Positions 1 through 9,961 of a DNA stretch of 32,000 nucleotides are shown one piece after another. The DNA is from Candidatus Saccharimonadota bacterium. Its GTDB lineage: Bacteria; Patescibacteriota; Gracilibacteria; Absconditabacterales; Absconditicoccaceae. The first letter of the stretch is position 1. Every line of letters starts with the position of its first letter. The DNA is taken from assembly GCA_000503875.1 (NCBI GenBank), contig CP006913.1, positions 390,001-422,000 of the forward strand, written 5' to 3'. The notes under the pieces were generated by a model, which did not search any database, had not been told where the DNA came from, and saw nothing but the letters and a program-made list of their open reading frames with translations. The position numbers and the translations under genes were made by a program.

Positions 1-4
1 AACT

Positions 5-715
5 ATGCCTGTCGAACTTTTCCCTGAACAAGAGGGAAATGGCGTAACAAATATCGATACTTGCAATCCCAAGATTATATATATCAAAATAAACAATATA
101 AAAGTACCTGTGTTGGATATTTTGGAAGTAGCCAAAAGATATATTATCAATTTTATAGATGAGGTTACTCATAAACAATTTACCAACATCAAGCATCCTG
201 ATTATAAACACAAAGATGCTCTTAGACTCAATACGATAATTCAAATCTTATATGTATCACAAAGAGATGCAAGCCCCCGTTGACTACTTTCGTTTATAAA
301 TCAATATATCAAAGAACTAAAAAAGCAGCTTCCATCAGTAAATAGATCTATATTTATCCAAAAAATATTGGTTAATTACCCAAAGGTATACAAAAAACTT
401 TCTTACATTACCAAACTTTATATAAAACTTTCTCGCCAACAACTTGATGGAACTGATGATGTGGATTTTTCTACGTTCCATGCAGAGTTAAAACAAGAAC
501 TTACCAAAATATATGAGATTATTCATCTCTACCAAAATCATATTCTCCATAATTTATATATCAAAAAATCAAATTTTCTCAAGAGAGTACAACAAATAGA
601 ATGTGAAAAAATACAAGAATATATACAAAAAATAAATCTGACAAATAAAATAAATGGTTTTGCTTATTTTTACGAAGTCTATTCTATCATCTATATGATC
701 AAAAATCACGAATAA
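5..715 (+). CDS. hypothetical protein, 236 aa from ATG 5. The frame is open to position 2, so it may start upstream of the window. One in-frame TGA (281-283) is read as Gly.
   Basis: Track ORFs 5..283 and 368..715 share one frame. The 84 nt between them have no TAA/TAG. The real stop is TAA 713-715. No family recognised. Confidence 0.5.
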
Positions 716-779
716 AAATAGATTGACATAAAAATTTAAATATATAAACTTCAAAAGTAACACTAAAAAAATCTAAAAA

Positions 780-971
780 ATGGCAGGAAAAAAAAATTAT
801 TCCGAAAAGGATCTTTTTGAAGAAGAATCCAAAAGAGAATTTCACCTTCCAAAAGAACAAGGACTCCCTCGTGGATTCCAAACTTTCACTCCTAGCGAGT
901 ATTTTGAACGCCAGGAAAAACAGAATGCAGAGGTAGAAAGCAATCTCCCAAAGTATTCTGATCATACTTAA
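780..971 (+). CDS. small hypothetical protein (63 aa, charged, no TGA)
   Basis: ATG-to-TAA ORF followed 13 nt later by a hairpin plus T-run terminator. No recognisable domain. Confidence 0.4.
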   Translation: MAGKKNYSEKDLFEEESKREFHLPKEQGLPRGFQTFTPSEYFERQEKQNAEVESNLPKYSDHT

Positions 972-983
972 GTAAACAAAAAA

Positions 984-1014
984 AATCGTCTAGGCAACTC
1001 CAGACGATTTTTTA
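984..1014 (+). terminator. rho-independent terminator after the 63-aa ORF
   Basis: Stem aatcgtct (984-991) pairs with agacgatt (1002-1009) and is followed by a T-run. Confidence 0.6.
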
Positions 1015-1023
1015 TAAAGCAAA

Positions 1024-1050
1024 AAGCCCCGGAAAAAATCCGGAGCTTTT
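1024..1050 (-). terminator. rho-independent terminator of the T9SS-CTD gene
   Basis: On the minus strand: agctccgg-attttttt-ccggggct followed by ttttt (8-bp stem with one G.U), 16 nt after the TAA at 1066-1068. Confidence 0.6.
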
Positions 1051-1065
1051 CTTTGAGGTTGATAA

Positions 1066-2832
1066 TTATTGTTTCACAATCTTGAAAGTACGAGATTGTG
1101 TTTTGTCCTGTGTTGTTTTTATGATATAAGTTCCAGGACTGAACCCACTCATATCGATACTGTGTTTTTGTTGGCTATACCCCTTATAAAGGAGATTTCC
1201 AATGAGGTTAAATATTTCCACAGTACCATTTTTTTCGAGTTCTATTGTGCAGAGAGAAATTACAGGATTTGGATAGATTGTAATCTTTCCATTTTCTATA
1301 TCTTCTACTCCTGTGACGGTAACTTGTTCGCTATCAGAGTTTTTACAACCATGATTGTCGGTAACCGTAACTGAATAAGTACCAGAAGCACTTACTACAA
1401 TAGTTTGTGTTATTGCAGTCGTAGACCATAGATATTCAGAAAATCCTGTACCTGCATCTAACGTTGCATTTCCATTACCCGAAGTTTGTGTGATATTAAC
1501 CGTAGGTAGAGGATTAACAACAACGACAACTTGATCAGCAATAACACCACAAGAACCGTTAACAGTAGCGGTATAAGTTTTGGTTTCAGAAGGAGTAAAA
1601 GGCACGCCATCTACAACTCCGTTATCCCAACTTAATGTTCCGTTAGTATAAGAAGCGGTTAAGGTAACCTGTCCACCTTGGCAAACAGAAGCATCAGCTC
1701 CAGCATTAACCGTAGGTAGAGGATTAACAACAACGACAACTTGATCAGCAATAACACCACAAGAACCGTTAACAGTAGCGGTATAAGTTTTGGTTTCAGA
1801 AGGAGTAAAAGGCACGCCATCTACAACTCCGTTATCCCAACTTAATGTTCCGTTAGTATAAGAAGCGGTTAAGGTAACCTGTCCACCTTGGCAAACAGAA
1901 GCATCAGCTCCAGCATTAACCGTAGGTAGAGGATTAACAGTAATTACAACTTCATCACTAGCAAAACAATCATCTTTAGCAACACTAACTGAATAAGTAT
2001 CAGCAGAACCTATCTCGATAGTCTGAGTAGTTTGTCCATCAGGCCCCCAAAGATAAGTAGCTCCAATAACTCCAGCATCGAGTATTGTAGTAGAACCTTG
2101 GCAAATTGCTCTATCAGCACCAAGATTAACATTAAAAATTGTCTCTGTAATTACTACAGTACCATTCATCGTAATACTTCCACCAGCATTAGTAGCAACA
2201 CAGGTATAGCTTCCAGCAGAAATCCCAGTCCACTCAAGAGTGGAACCAGTAATACCAGTTTTTGCGCTACCTACATTAGCATTGCTAGCATCTTTTAACT
2301 GATAACTTGCACCAGTCTCAGAATTAGAAAGTAATATAGATTTTCCACCAGTGCCTTGACAATAAGCACCTGAACCAGTAAGATTATAAACAGTAGGTTT
2401 AGGTGGATTTTCCCATAATACAATAAAATTAAGTTCATTATAAGGAGGGACTACAAAATCTCCAACATGGACAGTTTGAAAATACTCTCCTTTGCTATTT
2501 TTTTGATTAATAGCTACTACATTAGTTTTTTGTATAGTTACCTGAAAAGTAAAAAGAGCAATATATTCTCCTTCAAAATCCCATCGATAACTACTAGGGC
2601 ATGATTGATTTGGTGGGCAGAAATCAGTATTGCCTACCTGGAAAATTCCATGGTTAAGTAAATAGTTCATTTTAACAGTATCGCATAATGCAAGATCAGT
2701 AGTTATGTAAAGATCATACGCTTTAGTTACCGTTGACTCGCTATTTACATAGATTGTTTGTTTTTGGGCATTACTATACTTCGTACCCAATATCACAATT
2801 AGCAAAATTAAAAAAAGTTTGAGTGCTTTCAT
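1066..2832 (-). CDS. secreted repeat-rich surface protein with a Bacteroidetes-type T9SS (Por) C-terminal sorting domain
   Basis: Uninterrupted 588-aa ORF (ATG at 2830-2832, TAA at 1066-1068). Signal peptide MKALKLFLILLIVILGTKYSNAQ. Two identical 70-aa Ig-like repeats (VNPLPTVNAGADASVCQGGQVTL...). The C-terminus KITIYPNPVISLCTIELEKNGTVEIFNLIGNLLYKG...PGTYIIKT...FKIVKQ matches the TIGR04183-type sorting-domain pattern as I remember it. By my count there are 56 Gly codons and none is TGA. Confidence 0.85.
   Translation of the reverse strand: MKALKLFLILLIVILGTKYSNAQKQTIYVNSESTVTKAYDLYITTDLALCDTVKMNYLLNHGIFQVGNTDFCPPNQSCPSSYRWDFEGEYIALFTFQVTIQKTNVVAINQKNSKGEYFQTVHVGDFVVPPYNELNFIVLWENPPKPTVYNLTGSGAYCQGTGGKSILLSNSETGASYQLKDASNANVGSAKTGITGSTLEWTGISAGSYTCVATNAGGSITMNGTVVITETIFNVNLGADRAICQGSTTILDAGVIGATYLWGPDGQTTQTIEIGSADTYSVSVAKDDCFASDEVVITVNPLPTVNAGADASVCQGGQVTLTASYTNGTLSWDNGVVDGVPFTPSETKTYTATVNGSCGVIADQVVVVVNPLPTVNAGADASVCQGGQVTLTASYTNGTLSWDNGVVDGVPFTPSETKTYTATVNGSCGVIADQVVVVVNPLPTVNITQTSGNGNATLDAGTGFSEYLWSTTAITQTIVVSASGTYSVTVTDNHGCKNSDSEQVTVTGVEDIENGKITIYPNPVISLCTIELEKNGTVEIFNLIGNLLYKGYSQQKHSIDMSGFSPGTYIIKTTQDKTQSRTFKIVKQ
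1501..1920. repeat. perfect 2 x 210-bp tandem duplication inside the T9SS-CTD gene. The repeat edge recurs at 1921-1940.
   Basis: 1501-1710 and 1711-1920 read identically by eye (cgtaggtagaggattaacaacaacgacaacttgatcagc...). Each encodes one 70-aa repeat. Confidence 0.9.
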
Positions 2833-3021
2833 ATTTTTATATTATTTTTTTGTTTTTAACTGAAAAAAATGTTAATTACCAACCTCAAAACAGATTCTAA
2901 TTATTTACCATAAAATGTCAATCTAAATATATAAGAAAGTATAGATTTCCTTGGTCAAAATCATACATCAGATTATAATTGTTTTATTGAATTTCCTTTT
3001 ACCTTGTATTATGCATGTATT

Positions 3022-5733
3022 ATGAACAACAAAACAAAATTTCTTAAATTTGGTATTGCAGTACTCTTGGGAGCAGGAGTTGTAGGTGGATTACTCTATG
3101 CCCAACTCAATATCCCTACAGATATTGATAATGCAGTAATGACTATTAAACAAATCAATATTACGTCGGATGGTCAAGCAACTACGCCCAAAATTGTTAT
3201 TGATGGTAGTGCATCAGATGGTAATTTTCTTAAAGTTGAATGAAGTATATTGATGGGAAGTATTACAGGATCTATTGGTCAAATAAATAAAGTATCAGGA
3301 GATAAATCAAGTATTCTTTGAGGAGTGAAAAATACGATAAATGGAGATTATTCGATAATTCCATGATGATCATATAATCAAGTGACAGGAACAGATTCTT
3401 ATGCTTTTGGAAATACAGTAAGAGTTAATGGTAGTCAATCATATGCAATTTGAAAATCTTTAATTTTGAATTGAAATGGTTCTTTTGTCTTTTCAGATGG
3501 AAAGCCATCAAATTTTACCGTTTCTAAAGATTGAGTTTTTATTGTAAAAGTTACTAACGGAGTAGGTATCAATACATGAGTAACAACTACAGGTTATGAC
3601 TTAACCGTTGCAGGTAGTGGTATCGTTTACGGTAACCTCAAAACAAACAATATGATAGCTGGAGCGTATTATTATGGATCAATAACTAGTGAAGATGATC
3701 AATACGAACTCAAATTAAGCCAATGGGAAGGAATAGGAAATATTTATTATAATTCATGATATGTAGGAATTGGAACCAATAATCCTACAGCACAACTCCA
3801 TGTAAATGGAACAACAATATTACAAGGGTTATCAACATCAACACAAACTACAGCTTTGGTTGTAGACGCCAATGGAAATGTAGGTACAAGAGCATTAAAC
3901 ACAGTAGCATTTAACGGATATACAGCGCCAGTAACATCAGTATCAGGAAGAACTGGAGCAGTAGTATTAACAAAAACAGATGTAGGATTGGCAAGCGTAG
4001 ACAATACAGCAGATATGGCTAAACCAGTTTCAACAGCGACACAAACAGCATTGAATCTCAAAGCAAATTTAGCAAATCCAGCCTTGACAGGGATACCAAC
4101 AGCACCAACAGCATCGACATGAACAAGTACAACTCAAATAGCAACAACAGAATTTGTAAAATTACAATGATATTTGACTACTGCTACAGCACCAGTAACA
4201 TCAGTAGCAGGAAAAGCTGGAGTAGTACTATTAACAAAGGCAGATGTAGGATTGGCAAATGTAGACAATACAGCAGATATGGCTAAACCAGTTTCAACAG
4301 CGACACAAACAGCATTGAATCTAAAAGCAAATCTAGCAAGTCCAGATTTGACAGGAATACCAACAGCACCAACAGCATCAATAGCAACAAACACAAATCA
4401 ACTAGCAACAACAAAATTTGTAAAAGATCAATGATATTTGACTATTGCTACAGAAGCAGATCCACAAGTGGGAACATTGACAAGTGGAAGATGGTGTACA
4501 ACAGATGGAACAACAGTAAATTGTGCAACAGTAGCACCAGTAACTACAGAAAGTGATCCACAAGTAGGAACACTAACTTCTGGTAAAATGTGTACAACAA
4601 ATGGAACAACGGTAAATTGTACGACAGATATTCCAGTAACTCCGACAAATTATGTAACAACAGATACAAATCAACCAGTAGCATGAATTAAAACATTTAG
4701 CAATAATACTATTTTCAACGGAAATGTAGGAATTTGAACAACAAGTCCTCAAAGTAAACTTCATATATTTGCACCATCACCAGTTCTTACATTAGAAGGA
4801 ACTGTTGATGATACCACAAAAATCAATTTTATTGATGATTGATCAGTTGTATGAGAACTTTCTGTTGATCGTAGTAGTGGTTTAACAAAACTTTGGACAA
4901 CAGAGCCTCTTTCTTTTTGATCAGCTAATGCGGAAAAAATGCGTATTTTACAAAATGGAAATGTAGGAATTTGAACAGCAAGTCCAGCAACAAAACTTCA
5001 TGTATATTGAGTAGATGGTTCATTCCCAGCTCGTATATCAAGTCCAGCTGGTTATATAGATATTGGACCATCAAATGCTTCGTGGGCACACATTTATACT
5101 GATAGACCAAATTTTATTTTTAATGCATGAGTCTACATTATAGGAGGAAAATTAAGTACATATGATACAGCTAGTCTACAATTACAAACAAATGGAACAA
5201 CAAGAATCTTCGCTGATAATACCAATGGTAATGTAGGAATTTGAACAACAACACCAGCAGCAAAACTTCATGTGGCATGATCAATTTGAGCTACTTCTTG
5301 GATTGGTGCGTGATGTGAGTGAGCTTGTGAATCATGAGGAGGATATTCTCTTTTGTACGCAGATGGAACAATTGTAGCAACAAGTTCAGTAACAGCAGCA
5401 GCATTCTACTATTCATCAGACATCACTCTCAAAAAAGATCTTACAAAAATTACAAATCCATTGGAAAAAATCATAGCATTAAATGGATATAATTTTACAT
5501 GGAAATCAAATGATAAAAAAGATATTTGAGTGGTTGCACAAGAAGTAGAAAAAGTATTTCCAGAAGCTGTTAAAGCAGATGCCAAAGGATTAAAATCAGT
5601 TGAATATGGAAACTTAGTTGCTCCAATTATCGAAGCAATCAAAGAATTATATACCAAATACCTAGATCAACAAACACAAATTTCCGAGCTAGAACAAAGA
5701 ATTGAAATATTAGAAAAGAATATAATTAAATAA
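3022..5733 (+). CDS. tail-fibre-like surface fibre protein (903 aa) with an N-terminal membrane anchor or signal and a C-terminal intramolecular-chaperone (peptidase S74-like) domain
   Basis: Single frame from ATG 3022 (alternative TTG 3004) to TAA 5731-5733, with dozens of in-frame TGA and no TAA/TAG; checked codon by codon. N-terminus MNNKTKFLKFGIAVLLGAGVVGGLLYA. Repeated NVGIGT(T/A)SP..KLH(V/I) motifs. Two 88-aa repeats contain GxxGAVVLTKxDVGLxxVDNTADMAKPVSTATQTALNLKA...TGIPTAPTA...TNQ(I/L)ATTxFV, a classic phage tail-fibre repeat. Confidence 0.85.
3922..4449. repeat. 2 x 264-bp tandem repeat encoding the tail-fibre repeat module
   Basis: 3922-4185 versus 4186-4449 are near-identical over long stretches (gatgtaggattggcaa..gtagacaatacagcagatatggctaaaccagtttcaacagcgacacaaacagcattgaatct). 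Confidence 0.85.
5413..5730 (+). other. peptidase S74-like intramolecular chaperone / autocleavage domain of the fibre protein
   Basis: SSDITLKKDLTKITNPLEKIIALNGYNFTWKSNDKKDIGVVAQEVEKVFPEAVKADAKGLKSVEYGNLVAPIIEAIKEL followed by a coiled-coil tail. This matches the S-D-x-x-x-K ... G(F/V)xAQEVxxVxPExV ... YxxLxxxxIxAIKEL pattern of endosialidase/tail-fibre chaperone domains. The predicted cleavage Ser-Asp is at 5416-5421. Confidence 0.8.
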
Positions 5734-5814
5734 TAATTCAAAATCTGAATTAAATAATTTTCCAAAAATTATGAATATTGTTTATTATACAATCTTTACT
5801 AATTATAAATAATA

Positions 5815-8800
5815 ATGGGAAAGCTCAAAAAAACATGAATTATACTTGCTATATTTTGTATATCACAGATAATTTTTTCCGGTTTTGCTTTTGTATCTCC
5901 GATGTTAGTTATCAATAATACAGGGAATAATGCAAAAATACTTCCTATGAGAAAATGATGTCAACAGATAATCAATAATTGTGCTTATCCGATAGGAATA
6001 CTTATGTATCCTTCTTCAGCAACAAAATCATTTTTTGAAAACAAACCATCATGTGTAGTGTTGAGTGAGTGTGTAAAGACTATAAAATGTCCTGGTACAC
6101 TTCCTACAAATACAGAATGGAATACAAGTAGTAATTATGTACAAACATTTGATGGATTTAAATGGGTACCAACAAAAACTGCACATTATGATGCTACACC
6201 AGCATCAGATGATTGTAGATATGATTGTAAAACCAATTATTCATGGAACGGAACTAGTTGTATAGCGGATACAAGAACATATACATGTGCTGCAAAACCA
6301 ATAGGAACAGTGCGAAATACAGTAGGTAATTATTTACAAACATGGAATGGTACAACTCGAACACCATTAGATAGTACAACAAGTTATAGTACAACAGTAA
6401 GTACAAATTCTTGTAAATATAAATGTGATGTTTGATATAGATGGGATACTACAACTTCAAGTTGTATAAATACCTGTGCATTGCCATGGTGATGATGAAC
6501 AAAAACACATTGAGAAACAATAACAGCATATGATAAAACAAGTGGAACATGTACAACAAATAATTGTGCATCCGAAACACGTACATGTAATGGAGCGCTC
6601 TGAACATTTGATTGAACATATCAATATGCAAGTTGTACTCAAAACGCAAACACCCAAAGCTGTGTAATAGCAAACGGAGTAGGAACTCAATCATGTACAG
6701 CATGATCAACAAGTCGATGAACTTGTAATGTAGTAAGTTGTAACGCAGGATACCGTGCATCATGAAATACATGTGTAAATACATGCGCATTACCATGGTG
6801 AGGAACAATTACAAATGGACAATCAGTAACAGCATATGATAAAACGAGTGGAACATGTACAACAAATAATTGTGCATCAGAAACACGTACATGCAATGGA
6901 ACACTTTGAACATTAAATGGAACATATCAATATGCAAGTTGTACTCCAAACGCAAACACCCAAAGCTGTATAATAGCAAACGGAGTAGGAACTCAATCAT
7001 GTACAGCATGATCAACAAGTCGATGAACTTGTACTTTAGTAAGTTGTAACGCAGGATATCGTCCATTATGAAATACATGTATAAATACCTGTACATTACC
7101 ATGGTGATGAACAATTACAGATGGGCAACCAGTAACAGCATACGATAAAACAAGCGGAACATGTCCAACAAATAATTGTGCATCACAAATTCGTGTTTGT
7201 AACGGAACACTTTGAACATTAAATGGAACATATACGTATCAAAATTGTACAGCAAATGCAAATACGCAAAGCTGTACTGTTTCTAATGGTTGAGGAAATC
7301 AATCATGTGCAATATGATCAACAAGTCGATGATCATGTATAGTAAACCGATGTACTACAGATTATTATGATGATGGTTGAGCTAATGATTGTGTACATGT
7401 AGGAAATTGATATTATTCTAATAGTACATCAACAACAAGAACAGCATGTACAAATTATCCAGATACAGCAAGTCGTAATTATACATATACAAGTGCAGGA
7501 AATGGAACGAATAGTTGTACAGCAACATATACAGAATTATGTTGATTGGATTTATACGAGAATCCAATTGGAGTGTGTAGTGCAGTAGGAAACTGATATT
7601 TTTCACCAATAAACAATAATAGTAGAACATTATGTACAAATTATCCAGATACAGCAAGTCGTGATTATACATATACGAGTGATGGAAATGGAGCAAATAG
7701 TTGTACAGCAACATATACAGAACTATGTTGATTAGATTTATATGAAACATCAAATTGAGTGTGTAGTGCAGTAGGAAACTGATATTTTTCACCAATAAAT
7801 AATAATAGTAGAACATTATGTACAAACTATCCAGATACAGCAAGCCGTGATTATACATATACGAGTGATGGAAATGGAGCAAATAGTTGTACAGCAACAT
7901 ATACAGAACTATGTTGAGTAGATTTATATGAAACATCAAATTGAGTGTGTAGTGCAGTAGGAAACTGATATTTTTCACCAGCGAATAATAATAACAGAAC
8001 ATCATGTACAAATAAACCATCATACTCAACATATACAACTGATGGAAATGGAACAAATACTTGTTCACGAACTTGTGATACATGATATCACACAGAAGAT
8101 GGTGTTACTTGTATTTCAAATACGAAAACAACAAGTTGTACTGGGAAACCATTAGGAACGACATATTATACTGCAACAGATATAACACAAACATGGAATA
8201 CTAGCTTAAGTGCATGGCTTCCAAGTGCTGTAGCAACATACAGTACAACAGCAAGTACAACAGAATGTAGATACACCTGTGCAGCTTGATATCTTCGAAA
8301 TGGATCTTCATGTGTAGCGTGATGTAAAACTAATAGTGATTGTAGTTTATGAAAAATATGCCAATGATATGTAGCCCCTACTCGAAAATGTTTAGGAACT
8401 CAATTAAATAATTGATCTTGTAGTCAAGAGCCACTCCCATGATTTTGTGATAGTGAAGATTCTCCTTGTAGTACATATGATACATATTATGATTGTCAGG
8501 ATACGGATCGTTGTCATCTAGGAAAGCCTGGTATATGTAACCGAAATTGAACCTCTTGTATATGAATTACTAGTCAAACTACATGTAGTGCGACAGCATG
8601 ATGTTCAGTAAGTAATACATCATCAGAAGTATTTTGAACCTGTGTAACACCTACTCCTGTCTGTGGAAATGATATTGTAGAGATAGGGGAAACATGTGAT
8701 TGAGGAAGTCAATCATGTAGTATTGGAGGTGTAGCAGGAACTCAATTATGTAATAATACATGTAGTTGATATGGTACTTGTTTAGTAAGTCCATGTATAG

Positions 8801-9933
8801 CAAGTTATAATACAGATGTATGTTGATGATGTAAATGAAGTTGGACTATGTCAAGTTGTGATAATCGTGAATGTACTCCTGATGGTCTTGAAGATGCAAT
8901 ATGGAATTGTTCTTATGCTTGAATAACAAAACAATGTTATTCAGTATTAGGAGATCCATGTAATACATCAACATGTTTTACCTCTGGTACTCAAGTAAAA
9001 ACAGCAGATGGAATAAGTAAAAATATTGAAAATATTCAAATAGGAGACGAATTATTAGGTCAAGACGATCAAATAAATACTGTTATTGCATATGACCGTC
9101 CAAATCTTGGAGAAAGAAAACTTTATAGCATAAATAATGGACCATATTTTGTGACTCATGAACATCCATTTATGACTATATGATGATGGAAATCTATAAG
9201 TCCAGAAGCAACTCGAAGAGAAATGCCTAACTTTGAAATATTACCACTCAAAGTGGGAGATATTCTTATAAAAGAAAATAATGAAATTGAGTACATATGG
9301 AGTATCCAATCAACGACAGCAGATCCAGAAATACCATTATACAACTTTAAATTAGACGGAAATAATACTTATTATGCAAACGGATATTTAGTACACAATA
9401 AATTATATGATTGAGATGGTTGTACATTAAGTTCTCAATGTGCATGTGGATCTTGTGTTGGTTGAGTATGTTGTCCTACAGGAGGAGGCTGATGTTTCAA
9501 AGAATGAACACAAGTACGTTTACCAGATGGAACAACAACAGCTATAGAAAATATTCAAACAGGAAATATTGTATTATGATCAGAAAATACTCAAAACACA
9601 GTTCTCAAATTATTTAAAATCTGGAATAATAATTGGGATCTTTATGCAATAAATAATTCTGATTATTTTGTTACTGATACACATCCATTTATGACAACAG
9701 AAGGATGGAAATCATTGAATCCAGTATGATCTAGCAAAGAAAATCCAGGTATGATATTCTGACAACTTGAAATTGGTGATATACTTATAACAGAACAAGG
9801 AACAACTATTATATACTCATTAGAAAAAACAGCATATGCATGATATGTATATAATTTTAGATTAGATGGAAATAAAACATATTACGCAGATTGATATCTA
9901 GTACATAATGTAGAGATAAAATCTGTTGAATAA
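5815..9933 (+). CDS. giant secreted cysteine-rich repeat protein (1372 aa) ending in two tandem Hint (bacterial intein-like) domains
   Basis: One frame from ATG 5815 to TAA 9931-9933 with TGA = Gly; I walked the whole frame and found no TAA/TAG. N-terminal hydrophobic segment GIILAIFCISQIIFSGFAFV. Three ~102-aa repeats (CxLPWGG.I..G..V.AYDKTSGTC.TNNCAS..R.CNG.LG...). Four 62-aa repeats (VGNGYFSP.NNN.RT.CTNYPDTASR.YTYTS.GNG.NSCTATYTELCG.DLYE). One CGNDIVEIGETCD motif resembles the myxococcal Cys-rich repeat. Two Hint domains follow. Confidence 0.85.
6475..7395. repeat. 3 x ~306-309-bp coding tandem repeat (Cys-rich CxLPWGG module)
   Basis: Unit starts at 6475, 6784 and 7090 (tgtgcattgccatggtga / tgcgcattaccatggtga / tgtacattaccatggtga), with long near-identical stretches. 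Confidence 0.85.
7399..8142. repeat. 4 x 186-bp coding tandem repeat (VGNGYF...CTNYPDTASR module)
   Basis: Unit starts gtaggaaa(t/c)tgatat at 7399, 7585, 7771 and 7957. Copies 2 and 3 are almost identical. Confidence 0.85.
8974..9399 (+). other. Hint domain 1 (bacterial intein-like, 142 aa)
   Basis: Starts CFTSGTQVKTADG (block A Cys1), contains VTHEHPFMT (block B TxxH) and ends YYANGYLVHN (block G HN). The next residue is Lys, not Cys/Ser/Thr. Confidence 0.8.
9493..9909 (+). other. Hint domain 2 (139 aa), 31 aa downstream of Hint 1 in the same protein
   Basis: CFKEGTQVRLPDG ... VTDTHPFMT ... YYADGYLVHN, followed by only VEIKSVE and the stop. Confidence 0.8.
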
Positions 9934-9961
9934 TAATTGTATTTAATTTAATTATTTTTTC

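Noticed and set aside
3022-5733. A prophage or tailocin inferred from the tail-fibre-like gene.
   Set aside because: No other phage structural, packaging, lysis or integration genes appear in the window. The gene has a membrane-anchor N-terminus and host-style TGA-Gly usage. The full contig would be needed to exclude a prophage completely.
6449-8083. Long minus-strand ORFs (6449..6808, 6457..6690, 6687..6896, 6809..7114, 7418..8083), some with repetitive Leu/Tyr/Met-rich products.
   Set aside because: They are antisense shadows of the plus-strand repeat-coding region. Their repeat periodicity mirrors the plus-strand 306-bp and 186-bp repeats, and the plus-strand frame gives a coherent secreted Cys-rich protein continuous with the Hint domains.
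1501-8142. Tandem direct repeats (210, 264, 306 and 186 bp) as possible CRISPR or satellite arrays.
   Set aside because: The units are far longer than CRISPR repeats, have no unique spacers and lie in-frame inside long coding sequences.
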